This document shows, piece by piece, positions 50,489 to 62,895 of a stretch of DNA of 64,000 nucleotides. The notes under the pieces were generated by a model. The model was not told the DNA's origin and did no database searches. It was given only the letters and a program-made list of their open reading frames with translations. The position numbers and the translations under genes were made by a program. Origin of the DNA: Octopus vulgaris (taxonomy: Eukaryota); the NCBI GenBank assembly GCA_951406725.2, contig OX597833.1, positions 54,994,001 through 55,058,000 on the forward strand. Reading direction: 5' to 3'. How positions within the stretch are numbered: the stretch's first letter is position 1; every line of letters begins with the position of its first letter.

Positions 50489-50890
50489 GTGGCTGTGTGG
50501 TAAGTAGCTTGCTTACCAACCACATGGTTCCGGGTTCAGTCCCACTGCGTGGCACCTTGGGCAAGTGTCTTCTACTATAGCCTCGGGCCGACCAAAGCCT
50601 TGTGAGTGGATTTAGTAGACGGAAACTGAAAGAAGCCTGTCGTATATATGTATATGTATATATATATATGCGCGTGTATGTCTGTGTTTGTTCCCCTAGC
50701 ATTGTTTGACAACCGATGCCGGTGTGTTTATGTCCCCGTCACTTAGCGGTTCGGCAAAAGAGACCGATAGAATAAGTACTGGGCTTACAAAGAATAAGTC
50801 CTGGGGTCGAGTTGCAGCACGACTAAAGGCAGTGCTCCAGCATGGTCGCAGTCAAATGACTGAAACAAGTAAAAGAGAAAAGAGAAAGAG
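50489..50890 (+). mobile_element. SINE family A
   Basis: Matches the A consensus. Confidence 0.92.
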
Positions 50891-50915
50891 GATATATATA
50901 TATATGTGTGTGTGT

Positions 50916-51200
50916 GGAGGCCCAGTGGTTAGGGCAGTGGACTCGCGGTCGTAGGATCGCAGTTTCGATTCCCAGACCGGGCGTTGTGAGGGTTTATTGA
51001 ATGAAAACACCTAAAGCTCCACGAGGCTCTGGCAGGGGGTGGTGGCGATCCCTGCTGTACTCTTTCACCGCAACTTTCTCTCACTCTTTCTTCTGTTGGC
51101 CTGCTCGCTTAGCCAGTGGGGTGGCGTCATTTGAAGGCTAAAACAATGCGAAGCGCATTGTGACATCTGATAGCCTGCTCGGTTACGAGAGATTACGAGA
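50916..51200 (+). mobile_element. SINE family D, tail type 3
   Basis: Shares the D head and body up to CAACTTTCTCTCACTCTT, then has a distinct tail ending GTTACGAGAGATTACGAGA. Confidence 0.85.
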
Positions 51201-51311
51201 TATATATATATAAATCAACTTAGAGATAAAACCACTATTAGGCAAATCAAACGATGAAAAACATAAATCAAAACATGAAAATAAAAATAATTAGTATAAT
51301 ATACAAAATAT

Positions 51312-51830
51312 ATCATCATCATCATCATCATCATCATTTAGCGTCCGTTTTCCATGCTAGCATGGGTTGGACGGTTCAACTGGGGTCTGGGGATCCCGAA
51401 GGCTGCACCAGGCCAGTCAGATGTGGCAGTGTTTCTACAGCTGGATGCCCTTCCTAACGCCAACCACTCCGAGAGTGTAGTGGGTGATTTTATGTGCCAC
51501 CGACACAGGTGCCAGACGAGGCTGGCGAGCCACGCTCGGATGGTGTTTTTATGTGCCACCGACACAGGTGCCAGACGAGGCTGGCAGACGGCCACGCTCG
51601 GATGGTGTTTTTATGTGTGCCGGATGGTGTTTTTATGTGCCACCGACACCGAGGCTGGCGGACGGCCACAGGTGCCAGACGAGGCTGGCAGACGGCCACG
51701 CTCGGATGGTGTTTATGTGCCAGACAGACGAGGCTGGCAGACGGCCACGCTCGGATGGTGTTTTTATGTGCCACCGACACAGGTGCCAGATGAGGCTGGC
51801 GGACGGCCACGATCGGATGGTGTTTGTTAC
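51312..51830 (-). mobile_element. Family C with an expanded ~56-bp internal tandem array
   Basis: Repeated TGTGCCACCGACACAGGTGCCAGACGAGGCTGGCAGACGGCCACGCTCGGATGGTGTTTTTA. Confidence 0.88.
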
Positions 51831-52227
51831 GTCCCCAAAGCACAAAATATAAAATTTTAAAATTTAAATTATTTAAATTAAAATTATTAATTTATATTTA
51901 TAAATTTTTTAATTTTTATTTTTTTATTATTAAAAAAATTTTTTTTAATGTATATATATATATATATATATAAAACCCTTTATATTTTCATTATTAAATA
52001 TTATTAGGAATTGTTTCAAAAAGATTATTAAAAATATTTTGTTTCTTGTTGAAGTATAACTGATTTAATGCACATAATGTCTTACAACTAAATCTTATTT
52101 GGATCCCTAAGGGTCAGATGGAATGCTACGGAGCATTCTGCCAGCTTACTGCCTTCAGAGTTCTAATAACAACTTTCTTTTAATATCGGCAAAAGACCAG
52201 CATTCCTGAAAAGAGTGAGCAAGTTGA

Positions 52228-52454
52228 TTAACCCTTTAATGTTCAGATTATTCAATCAAACATAATGCCTATTGATTCCCATTAATTTGAATTAATCATG
52301 CATTATCCCATATCTTCAAGATCTTGATGGTGTAATTACCTAATGTAGAATAACATTGTAGGGTAGATGTGAGAGCCTGGATCTGGTCAGTTTGAACATA
52401 AAACAGATTAACTATTTTAACCTGATATGGCCAGTTTAAATACTAAAGGGTTTA
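52228..52454. mobile_element. TTAA MITE family F
   Basis: TTAACCCTTTAATGTTCAGATT...TTTAAATACTAAAGGGTTTA. Confidence 0.78.
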
Positions 52455-53319
52455 GTAGAATCTAGTACTTGACTGGTACTGTATTTTATTGCCCCCTCGT
52501 CCCTCTTAAAAAAATTAAAGGTTAAGTTGATCTCAGGAGGATCTGAACACAGTTGGAGTGAAAATGTGCATTGCTGAATACCATAAGGCATTTAAGTCCT
52601 TGTTGTAATGGTTCTGCCAATTAACCAATGATAACATGCTTATTTACAGCTGCTTTGGTACCAACTAACCCAATACTGCCCTTAGTTCTGTGACAGGGTT
52701 TCATTAAAACAAGAAATTTATAACCTTCATAATTTCATGTTAACAAATTAACTGCCACAGCCTGTTACTGGAACTTACTGGTTATGCCTCATATTTCTGG
52801 TCACCCTGCATTCAAATGAATGTAAATTGTATTTTTTTTTTTTTTGCATTTTTACAATATTTCATAATTAAACTTAAACATTTAGCACTCATGTTATTTA
52901 AATATATTCAAAACCTTGTCAAAAATACAGAATAAAATATTTTCTTGAATTATGAAAATGTATCACCAGTGGTGATTATGGCAGTTATGTGAAGTTTGTG
53001 ATGAGCCACCAGTGGTACATACGGTAGTTAATGAGCTCATTTGTGTTCAAAGTATCAGCTTATTAATGACAAAGTTATTAAAATAATTTTGTCGTTATTT
53101 ACAAAATTAAATGCAAACAGCTGGCAGAGTTGTTAGTCCATCAGACAAAATGGTCAGTGGCATTTTTTCCCAACTCTCTATGTTCTGGTTTCAATTCCCA
53201 CTGAAGTCAGCTTTGTCTTTTATCCTTTCCGGGTTGATATAGTACCAGTCAGCTACTGGGGTCAAGGTGATTGTTGACTACCTCTCCCTTAAAACTTTGA
53301 GCGAAAATTTGAAAGGATT

Positions 53320-53858
53320 CATCATCATCATCATCATCATTGTTTAGCGTCCGCTTTCCATGCTGGCATGGGTTGGACGGTTCAACTGGGGTCTGGGAAG
53401 CCAGAAGGCTGCACCAGGCCCAGTCTGATCTGGCAGTGTTTCTACAGCTGGATGCATTTCCTAACGCCAACCACTTCATGAGTGTAGTGGGTGCTTTTTA
53501 CGTGCCACTGGCACAGGTGCCAGACGAGGCTGGCAAATGGCCACGATCGGATGGCGCCTTTTACGTGCCACCAGCACGGAGGCCAGTCGGGGTGGCGCTG
53601 GCAACGACCACGTTCGGTTGTATCTCTTACGTGCCACCGGCACTGGTATCACAGCTACAATTTCCATAGATTTTGATTGTGATTTTCACTTGCCTCAACA
53701 GGTCTTCACAAGTAGAGTTTTGTGTCCCAAGAAAGAAAGGTATGCATAAGTGGACTGGCTACATCCCATGTAGAGGCCACGGGTTATGGTCTCACTTCTC
53801 CTGCTGGGTCTTCTTACGCACAGCATACTTCCAAAGGTCTTGGTCTCTAGTCATTTCC
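53320..53858 (-). mobile_element. Longest family C copy, including the last codons of an RTE-like ORF
   Basis: Minus strand 53857-53792 encodes EMTRDQDLWKYAVRKKTQQEK*, followed by the 3' UTR with C repeats and (ATG)n tail. Confidence 0.8.
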
Positions 53859-54124
53859 TTTCAAAATTAATTGAAGAAAAAAAACAGAGTGTTTCCATAG
53901 TAACAAAAGAGTTAATCACTTTCTGTGTTCTTTCCAAAAGTTTGGCGTAATTCTGTTTAATTTGAGAACATTGAAGTTGTCTACTGTTCATGTTAAATGG
54001 GAATTAATTTATCCTACCCCTCCCCTTCAATAGGATAAAAGGAAGGATAGGGGGAATGCAAGAAAATAGCCGTTCCCCATCCCCCTGTCCCCCACATGTC
54101 ACCAGTTTTGTCTACTGATTGCCT

Positions 54125-54280
54125 CAAAATGGCGGAAATAAGGGACTTTATCAGTTATTATGATCGGACAAGTATAAAAGACATTTCTTGAATTTCCGTA
54201 TCGCATTCACTCGCAAGTGTCATGGATATTCTTGTATGTAAAGATCAACAGAACCTTTTTTTTTTAAAGCTGACGTCTAC
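54125..54280 (+). promoter_or_regulatory. Candidate RNA Pol II core promoter
   Basis: CAAAATGGCGGAAAT (YY1/ETS-like, 54125-54139), TATAAAAG (54173-54180), Inr-like GCATTC with A at 54205 (32 bp from the TATA start), and TGACGTC CRE-like at 54271-54277, all in non-repeat DNA. Confidence 0.35.
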
Positions 54281-54685
54281 TGTTTAAACATCGCATAAAC
54301 AATCATATTTCTCATTTCCACGTCTGCCTCAGAATCTGAGATTGTTCTCAGGAATGTGCACCCAATAACCTACGCCAATACATATTTACATTAGTTGGTT
54401 TCTTTCATGCCCATTTTTCAACAAATTCTTTCTTCCTAATTCCTCTCTCTCATTCCTTCTCTTGCTCTCTCTCTCTTTCTGTTTGTCTTTTTCTGTCTCT
54501 TTGCCGTCTCTTTTCCATTTCTTTCTCTTTTATTTTTCATCTCATTTTATGTTTCTTTCTTCCTCTCTCTCTCTCTGACTCTCTTCATAGTTCATTCCAT
54601 CTGTTTATGTGTGTGAAAAAAAAAAGAACGGAAGTCCAAAGAACGGTAGCGCTTGTATAGGACAAGCTCTTTCATCAAATGTTTC

Positions 54686-54900
54686 TTAACCCTTTGGCAT
54701 TCGCATGACTCCAACGAATGTAATGCTTATGTATTCACATTTGTCTTGAATTAATCAGGCATTATCTCAAGGCTTCAAGAATTTGATTTGATGATTGTTT
54801 ATTTTTAGAATGACATTGTAGGGTAGGTGTGAAAGGTCAGATCTGGTTGGTTTGGATATGAAACAAGATACAAAATTCGGGCCTGATTTGGCTGGATTTA
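54686..54900. mobile_element. TTAA MITE family F
   Basis: TTAACCCTTTGGCATTC...TTAGAATGACATTGTAGGGTAGGTGTGA. A further inverted fragment lies at about 55058-55195. Confidence 0.7.
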
Positions 54901-55602
54901 GTAAAGAAATCTAAACCAGATTACTGTAGCTGTTATTGTGATTTAGCCCCAGACCAACTGGATCAAGCCTACCTATAATCAAAAGCACTCCAGCAAGGGC
55001 CATCCTGACTTTTATCCAGTTTTTCTAAGATTTCATTATGATGTTTGTTGTGTGATTTAACAACTCTTTAGCACTTAAACTGGCCATATACAACCCTAAT
55101 ATTCTATCTGTATTATGTTCAAAACGGCCACATCTGGCTTCTCACACCTACTCTACAATATCATTCCAAAAACATACAAACATGTCATTGAAATATCTGC
55201 CACACGTAATAGAAATCAGATGTTCAGATAAGCAACTTTGTTTTCCAACTTAGCACACATCTAAAATCTCTTTTTCCAGTGTAAATTATAATTACTTTAT
55301 CATTTCATTTGATAATCTATTTCATTATCTCTGTGAACACAGTTTCGTCTTCCATCCCATATGTTTGGAGAAAAAACGATCCCTACTCTCAATCCAACTC
55401 TCCCACTTTCTCCCTTTCCCCACTCTTTCACACTCATTTATTATTGCCATTTATTAATTCATTTATCTAAATTTTGTCACAGTTTAGTTGACCGAAAACT
55501 GTCGGTTATAGCTCTAGTTAAGAATGCAAACGCCCAATTCTATCTCATTATTATCATTACTATTCTTTCACACTGGCAGCCTGAGTTTTTGCTGTTTCGC
55601 AG

Positions 55603-55750
55603 TGCCCACACACACGAGTTGGTCAGAGATGGAAAGATCAAACATCTATGATCTCTTTTGTATGACCACTAAGACTGAAGGTGGAAAAGAGAAGATGGGG
55701 GGGATGTCAGCATACTCTCAGAATGGTGACATAGTTCCAAAGCATGCAAT
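55603..55750 (+). CDS. Candidate coding exon (..MERSNIYDLFCMTTKTEGGKEKMGGMSAYSQNGDIVPKHA), gene unknown
   Basis: Acceptor TTTTTGCTGTTTCGCAG, perfect donor AT|GTAAGT, an open frame throughout, ATG in GAGATGG context at 55629, higher GC than the flanks, and non-repetitive sequence. Confidence 0.45.
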
Positions 55751-55802
55751 GTAAGTAAATTCTGTTAATTAGTGCTGGATATATAAGAGCCAAGTGGAGG
55801 TG

Positions 55803-56028
55803 TTGACCCTTTCGTTATCGACCTGGCTGAAACCACCTCTGGCTCTGTAGTAAAAATGTCTTGTTTTCATAAGTTTTGAATTAAAATCTTCCACTAAACC
55901 TTTGTCACAATGTTCCTAACACTAACTTAATGATAACTAAGTTATTTTATTAACTTCTTTATTTATATCTAAAATAATTGAGAGAAACACAGACTATCTC
56001 AAAATAAATACTGTAATGAAAGGGTTAA
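55803..56028. mobile_element. TTAA MITE family E (piggyBac-like ends)
   Basis: TTGACCCTTTCGTTA...GTAATGAAAGGGTTAA, highly similar to 59787-60015. Confidence 0.85.
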
Positions 56029-56892
56029 ACCCATGCAGCAGATTAAATCGGCCATCTAAAAATAGCTAAAGTCCATCCAGATGGCTTTCACACACAAAAT
56101 TTGTATTGACCCTGCATTGAAATTTTGGAAGAAGAAAGACATATCATTGACTTGTGGTCCCCCTAGTGGTTGTCACTATTACAAGGGAGATAATAATTTC
56201 TTTATAATGTTTCGTGTGATTAGGAATTTAAATTTGGAAAGAAGAAATTATAAGGGAAAAAATGGATTAGATTCACTCATTTATTTATTATTATTATTGC
56301 ATACTTATACTGAAGTGCTTAAAATTTGAAGTCATCATAGATTGGTTTATAGATTCCATTAGTGTATCTAGTTTTTGAAAAAAATAGTTTTAACTTCATT
56401 TGTAGAAAGTTTTTTTTTTTTTTTTATTAATTCTATGAAAATAAGGGATGGTGGAAATTTTATTTGCAAATTTCTGTTTTGTTGTTACATTTCAAAATTT
56501 GTAAATATGAAATAAAAAAAAAAAAAAAAAAGAAATAGAAATTATAATTGCGACTAGATTTAGAATTTAAGAATTAGCAAAAATGTTGAAGATTAAAATC
56601 AAATTGAAGATAAATTTTTATTGAGTCATGCTTTAAGTTTGAATTAAGACTTCTAATTTTTATGTTTGAATTTTGATTTCACTATAAATTTATGAATTTG
56701 AAATTACAAATGCAACATGACTAAAATGTTGAGTATTTCTCTTTGCAATCTCAAGGTTTCAGGTTCATGCCCAGTCTACCTAGGTTTCATCTAAGCTTTG
56801 GGAGTGAAATTGGATAGATGGAGCCTGTATTATATTGTAAAGATCTCATCCATGACCCAGACAAGTTTCCTTAAATTATGACTGACATTCGT

Positions 56893-57221
56893 GCTGGCAT
56901 GGCTGTGTGGTAGAAAGCTTGCTTCTCAACCATATGGTTCTGTGTTCAATCCCACTGCATCACACATTGGGAGAATGTCTTCTACTATAACCTCAAGCAG
57001 ATCTTGTGTGTATGTTTGTTTCCCACTACCATCACGTGACAACCGGTGTTGGTGTGTTTATGTCCCCTAGCAGTTTGGCAAAATGGACTGATAGAATAAG
57101 TACCAGGCTTTTAAAAAAAAAGTACTGGGGTCATTTCATTCGACTAAAATCTCTTCATGGCAGTGCTCCAGCTTGGCCTCAGTCTAGTAGCTGAAACAAG
57201 TAAAAAATAACAAATAAAAGA
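56893..57221 (+). mobile_element. SINE family A, diverged
   Basis: Matches the A consensus, with an internal deletion. Confidence 0.8.
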
Positions 57222-57253
57222 TACTAATTATGCATCTATATACTGTTTATGAA

Positions 57254-57640
57254 AGGCAGCGAGCTGGCAGAAATGTAAGCACGCTGGGCAAAATGCTTAG
57301 TCCGCCGCTGCGTTCTAAGTTCAAATTCTGCTGAGGTCAACTTTGCCTTTCATACTTTCGGGGTTGATAAATTAAGTACCAGTTACGCACTGGGGTCGAT
57401 GTAATCGACTTAATCCGTTTGTCTGTCCTTGTTTGTCCCCTCTGTGTTTAGCCCCTTGTGGGTAGTAAAGAAAAGGTATTTTCTTTGTCCTTACATTCTG
57501 AATTCAAATTCTGGCAAGGTTGACTTTGCCTTTCATCTTTTTAGGGTCAATAAATTAAGTACCAGTTGCATGCTGGGGTTGAGCTAATCGACTGGCCCCT
57601 TCCCTGAAAATTTCTGGCCTTGTGCTTTGAGTAGAAAAGT
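57254..57640 (+). mobile_element. SINE B + B' heterodimer
   Basis: A full B copy joins through AAAGAAAAGGTATTTT to a headless B' unit. TATATACTGTTTATGAA flanks both sides (57237-57253, 57640-57656). Confidence 0.85.
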
Positions 57641-57950
57641 ATATACTGTTTATGAATACCAGAATGTATTTATCTCCTACTTCCTTCCTTGCCTTGGTGA
57701 TTTCCTCAACATCATCATCTGCTTATCACCACTTTCTTGCTCATGTCTTTTATATAGCTCACCTACAACAAGAAACCTGTTCTGCTCTGGCCCTTTCTCA
57801 TGCTGTTACCCTTCTTCTCCTTGCATAAAGTTGCTCTTCTTTTACACCATTTGGGTTTGTAGTCTTGTAAGTTGCATGGCCATCTCATTAGTGCTGGTAC
57901 TACATAAAAAAGCACCCAGTGTAGGCTATAAAGCAGTTGGTGTTAGGTAA

Positions 57951-58205
57951 GGTGTCCAACCTTAGAAACCCTACCAAAGTAGAAACTGGGGCATGCTGCA
58001 GTTTCTGGGCCCAACGGATCCTGTCAAAGCATCCAACCCAAGCCAGCATGGAATATGGATACTAAATGATGATCCTCAGTCGCTACACCCTGCTCCCCAG
58101 TTACCTGGCTTGGGTGGGTTGGATGCTTTGACAGGATCCGTTGGGCCCAGAAACATGCAGCATGCCCCAGTTTCTACTTTGGTATGGTTTCTAAGGTCGG
58201 ACACC
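57951..58205. repeat. ~95-bp inverted duplication of a decayed family C tail
   Basis: 57951-58046 and 58105-58205 are reverse complementary with only a few differences. Confidence 0.9.
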
Positions 58206-58726
58206 CTAATTAACAGAAAATTGATGTACAGTGATACAGACAAGATTGTTACCTTATTTGGTCATTCGGAACGTAAAACCTTGGAATAAACACTGCAAAG
58301 CATTTTGTTTGAGACTCTTCATCGATTCCACCAATCCACCGGCTTTGTTCGGTACTTTAGTTTTCCAATTCCGAAAGGATGGATGGCCAGATTTGACCTT
58401 GGCAGCGTTTAAATTCAGAACTTAAAGTGCTGGAATAAAAATAACAACACAGACATTTTGTCTGATGCTCTCACAATTTTGCCAGTTTAATGCTTTTTTT
58501 CTTCTTCTTTTTGCTGTGTTTTTTTTTTGTTATTGTATTTTGCTTCTGTAATTTTTGGTTTAAATTGGCAGTTAAGGCTTCTATTCTGTTTTTTAATTTC
58601 ACAGTCAGATACATTTCTCCATGGCTGTAAAATCATCATAAACTTGTCTCAAAATATAATGTAAAAGTTTTACCTCTGTTTTTTTTTTTACACCTAATCA
58701 CCATTCTCACACTATTTATATGGCAC

Positions 58727-58763
<37 letters not shown>

Positions 58764-58889
58764 TAACAATAATAATAATTATAATGATGATAATAATAAT
58801 AATAATAATAATAATTATTATTATTATTATTATAATGATTTCTTTTAATAATATTGTTTTAACCTAAATCTGTATTTGTTTTTTTTTTA

Positions 58890-58931
<42 letters not shown>

Positions 58932-59489
58932 GTATATTTTATCCGAAGTTAATTTGATGTGAGTGGGAATGCTGTTATTTTCCCGACTGTCAAAATATCT
59001 CTGTTTGTCGGAACTGATGCCTGTCATTATTCTTAGGATTTCAACCAAGTTATGTTGAATAGTTAAATTGTTACCTTATAAATTCAATCTTGCTGTCATC
59101 ACCTGAAATTTTCTCAAGATGTTTACCAGATTTTTACATATCCTCATTGATGTCGTTAAGATTATTTTTCTGTTCTAGCTAGGGTTATCGATGTTTGATA
59201 CCCCCCCTCCCCTCCACTTCTCATTGGTTCTGTTCTTAACTTTCTCATGATTTCAATTTCTTCTGTCGTCTTGCTATTTTATTCAAGTATTTAAGTGTTT
59301 TACTCAAATTTTCCACTCATTTTTATCCACTAGTACAGAATTTATCCATTTATAATTTCAGTTATACCTTATCATCCCATTCACTAACAGACTCCTCTCT
59401 GGAGAAACAGACTCCATCTCTGGAGAAATGATGCCCCTTATAACTGGGGGCATCCATGTCAAATCCTTATATTGTCTTCTTTTCTTCAT

Positions 59490-59753
59490 TAGACTGTGGC
59501 TATGGTGGAGCACCACCCATTCAGCAAATTGACCCCAGAGCTTATTCTTTGTAAGCCTAGTACTTATTCTATCAGTCTCTTTTGCTGAACCACTAGCTTA
59601 CGGGGACATAATCACACCAGCATCGGTGTACTTTACTTTAGCTGGCCTGGGGCTATAGTAGAAGACATTTTGCCCAAGGTGTCATGCAGTGGGACTGAAC
59701 CCGTAACCATGTGGTTGATAAGCAAGCTACTTACCACACAGCCACTCCTGTGC
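59490..59753 (-). mobile_element. SINE family A with a central deletion
   Basis: Head and tail match the A consensus; the middle is missing. Confidence 0.85.
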
Positions 59754-59786
59754 TTAAGCATTATTTTTGATAAAATGATGTGAATG

Positions 59787-60015
59787 TTAACCCTTTCATT
59801 ACCAACCCGGCTGAAACCGTCTCTGGCTCTGTAGTACAAATGTCTTGTTTTCATAAGTTTTGAATTAAAATCTTCCACCAAACCTTAGTCACAATTTATG
59901 TTCCTAACACTAGCTTATTGATAACTAAGTTATTTTACTAAATTCTTTGTTATATTTAAAGTAATTGAAAGAAACACAGAGCATCTCAACAGAAATACAG
60001 TAATGAAAGGGTTAA
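59787..60015. mobile_element. TTAA MITE family E, intact
   Basis: TTAA-CCCTTTCATTAC ... GTAATGAAAGGG-TTAA: a perfect 12-bp TIR with TTAA TSD. Confidence 0.9.
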
Positions 60016-60617
60016 AGGGTTAAGGCCTTTTGAAGAACAAGCAAAATGTTGCTTAAAAAATTTCATGAATAATATTAAAATAAAAGAACAAAATATTTAT
60101 TTCCAGTAAGCCTAATTTAGTAATAACAATGATAGGTAAAAGAGAATAGACTTTTCTATAAAGAATCGGTTTGTTCAGGATTAAATAACTTGCCATGGTG
60201 TTAACTTGTGCCTGAGTAGTTAATCTGTAGTGAGTGAGCCTCCTCCTCTTGATGGCTGTGGAAGGTGCTGGTGCCTGGAGTTGCGGTTTAGGCCAAGGGC
60301 AGTATAGAAGAGCTGGAGGCATTTACCACAGGGGAAGGTTGGCAGGGAACAGGTAAGTGAACATCATCCTTTGAGTCTTTGACACCTGATCTCTGCCTTT
60401 TGATATCTGTTATTTTCCATTTGGTCTGTTCCCTCCAGTATGACATGCCACCACTTTGGGTGGCCCTTGCAAATGTCTACCCCAAATATTTGGGTCAATG
60501 GAGTAGAGGAGGAAAGTGGCCTTGAGCTGGTCTCGGAAATGGAATTTGGGAGCTCTGCATGGTCTGGTACTTATAGCCAACACCGCAGAGAGGAGTCGAC
60601 GGGAGAGGTATATTTTA

Positions 60618-60847
60618 GGCGGCAAGCTGGCAGAAACGTTAGCACACCGGGCGAAATGCTTAGCGGTATTTCGTCTGCCGTTACGTTGTGAGTTCAAATT
60701 CCGCCGAGGTCGACTTTGCCTTTCATCCTTTCGAGGTCGATAAATTAAGTACTAGTTACGCACTGGGGTCGATGTAATCGACTTAATACCTATATCTGTC
60801 CTTGTTTGTCCCCTCTGTGTTTAGCCCCTTGCGGGTAATAAAGAAAT
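60618..60847 (+). mobile_element. SINE family B, full length with TSD
   Basis: TSD AGGTATATTTTAG at 60606-60618 and 60848-60860. Confidence 0.93.
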
Positions 60848-61589
60848 AGGTATATTTTAGACATGCATGTGAAGTGTGAAAGAGATAGGCTTTTCTATAA
60901 AGAACTGGTTTGTTCAGGATTAAATGAAGACCATAAATCTTATAACTAACATCAGATGATATTTTGCTGGAATTAAATTAGCTGGTTTGAGATAGATAGA
61001 TAAATGGAGTGGGGAGAAAGAACAAAAATACGAAAACCTGCCATATATCTTAATGATCCATCATAATTGGTGTATTTGCTTCTTCCTTTCAGCCTGTAAA
61101 TCTCCTACTATGAAGAGATAATAATCTCTACCTATCACCAGCTGATACATCTTTACAGTGAATATATGACACATCTATTGTTCTCCAAATTCACTGTATA
61201 TTGATATAATACATATTCTCTGTGCTTTTCAGATATTACTGACAGCGAGTGAATGGTCTTTTCTTGTAGTTCAACTAATCTTCTATAATATGTATATTTA
61301 TGAACTGGAAAAACGCATTTTGTTGCTGCTTTTGTGGAATATATGCGGTCAGCATCTGCTTTAGTAAACTTTATAGCACATGAGGCATGGGCAATTAAAT
61401 AGTTTTAAAAAATTGCCTACCTTTTAAGTCTTGAATATCATGGGCATATCTAGATATTGTCATCCTCTTCAGCGTTGGCTGCGGTCATTTGTTTCCATGG
61501 TTCTTCAGTGATTTCTGTCTTTGTTCTCATCATCATTGCCATCTTTGTTGTTCTTCTCATTATTGCAGTGGCCATTGTTGTCTATATAT

Positions 61590-61812
61590 ATATACACACA
61601 CACATATATGTTTGTGTGTCTGTGTTTGTCCCCCCAACATCGCTTCACAACTGATGGTGGTGTGTTTACGTCCCCGTAACTTAGCTGTTCGGCAAAAGAC
61701 ACCGACAGAATAAGTACTACGCTTCCAAAGAATAAGTCCTGGGGGGTCGATTCGCTCTACTAAAAGGCGGTGCTCCAGCATGGCCGCAGTCAAATGACCG
61801 AAACAATTAAGA
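61590..61812 (+). mobile_element. SINE family A, 3' half
   Basis: Matches the A tail. Confidence 0.85.
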
Positions 61813-62273
61813 GAGAAAGAGAAAAAAGTAGCAGCATATGGACATCAGCACCACACCATCACTATTACAGCACAGTGCTTCTTCTGCATTGTGTGAGTCA
61901 AATACTGGGGTTAATTTAATCGATTGATACCAATGTCTCTCCGGCTTCTTGAATGAAGCAAGAGACGATGAATGGGAGCTTGCAACGCATCTTCTTTCCT
62001 GTCTCATCAACTGCTTGTGTACGAAGGTGTGAATACCATGGCTGCATCATTCCTGCGAGAGAAGCTGCACCTCCCCCTCCCTTAGGCATTGGACAGCATT
62101 AAATTGACATAATGATAAAATAATATCAGAAAAAATCCTATAATTAATGGTGGGATATGTCAACAGAAGAGGAAGAATAAGTTATATGGTAAAAGACTTA
62201 GAATTGGTTATTCTATATTTTTGGTATTGCCTGACATTTTCTTTTTTTTTTTTTTTTTTTTCCCCCGTTACAG

Positions 62274-62385
62274 TTTAGCTGTAGAGAGCGAAAGGAGAAT
62301 GAATTTTATTTTTTCCTTCATGAAGTATGAAGACACTGAATGTGATAGATGTCGTTCATCTCTGCAAATCAATATTACGCTTTAG
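62274..62385 (+). CDS. Candidate exon downstream of a strong 3' splice site
   Basis: Branch-point-like CTGAC (62231-62235), long poly-T/C tract and TTACAG. One frame is open to TAG at 62383-62385; a possible donor GAA|GTATGA lies at 62324/62325. Confidence 0.25.
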
Positions 62386-62895
62386 AAGAACCTTATTGCA
62401 CATTGTCATACTTTATGTAAAACTGTGAAGGCCATTGTAACACTGCATTACTATTTTTGGTTTAAGGTGGTTTAAAAAAATTTTTTTTTTCATGATCCTC
62501 TTTTACTCGTTTACTTGTGTCGTTCATTTGACTGCAGCCAAGCTGGAGCACCGGCTTTAGTCGAACAAATTGACCCCCAGAACTTATTCGTTGTAAGTCT
62601 AGTATCATTCAATCGGTCTCTGGTGAAAAGTAATTGGAGTGGGGCAATTTACTGATGTATTTTGAATGTAGAATCTCTGCATGCTTGTAGGAATTTGAAG
62701 AGATTGTAATTATTGTAATGAAAGTAAAAAGTACAAATTTGTTGACCTTTACAAAATCCTTTGAATGGAAGAAATAATGGTATATTTTGAAATCCTCTTT
62801 CTTATGTGAGCTGTGCAGTTTCTAGCTCTGAGATAGGAAATGTATGTGAAAACCCCTACATGTGCTCAACTGTATTCAACCATCAAATTTATATT

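Noticed and set aside
51845-52040. Extremely AT-only tract after a family C copy
   Set aside because: Low complexity and possibly low-quality consensus; no structure found.
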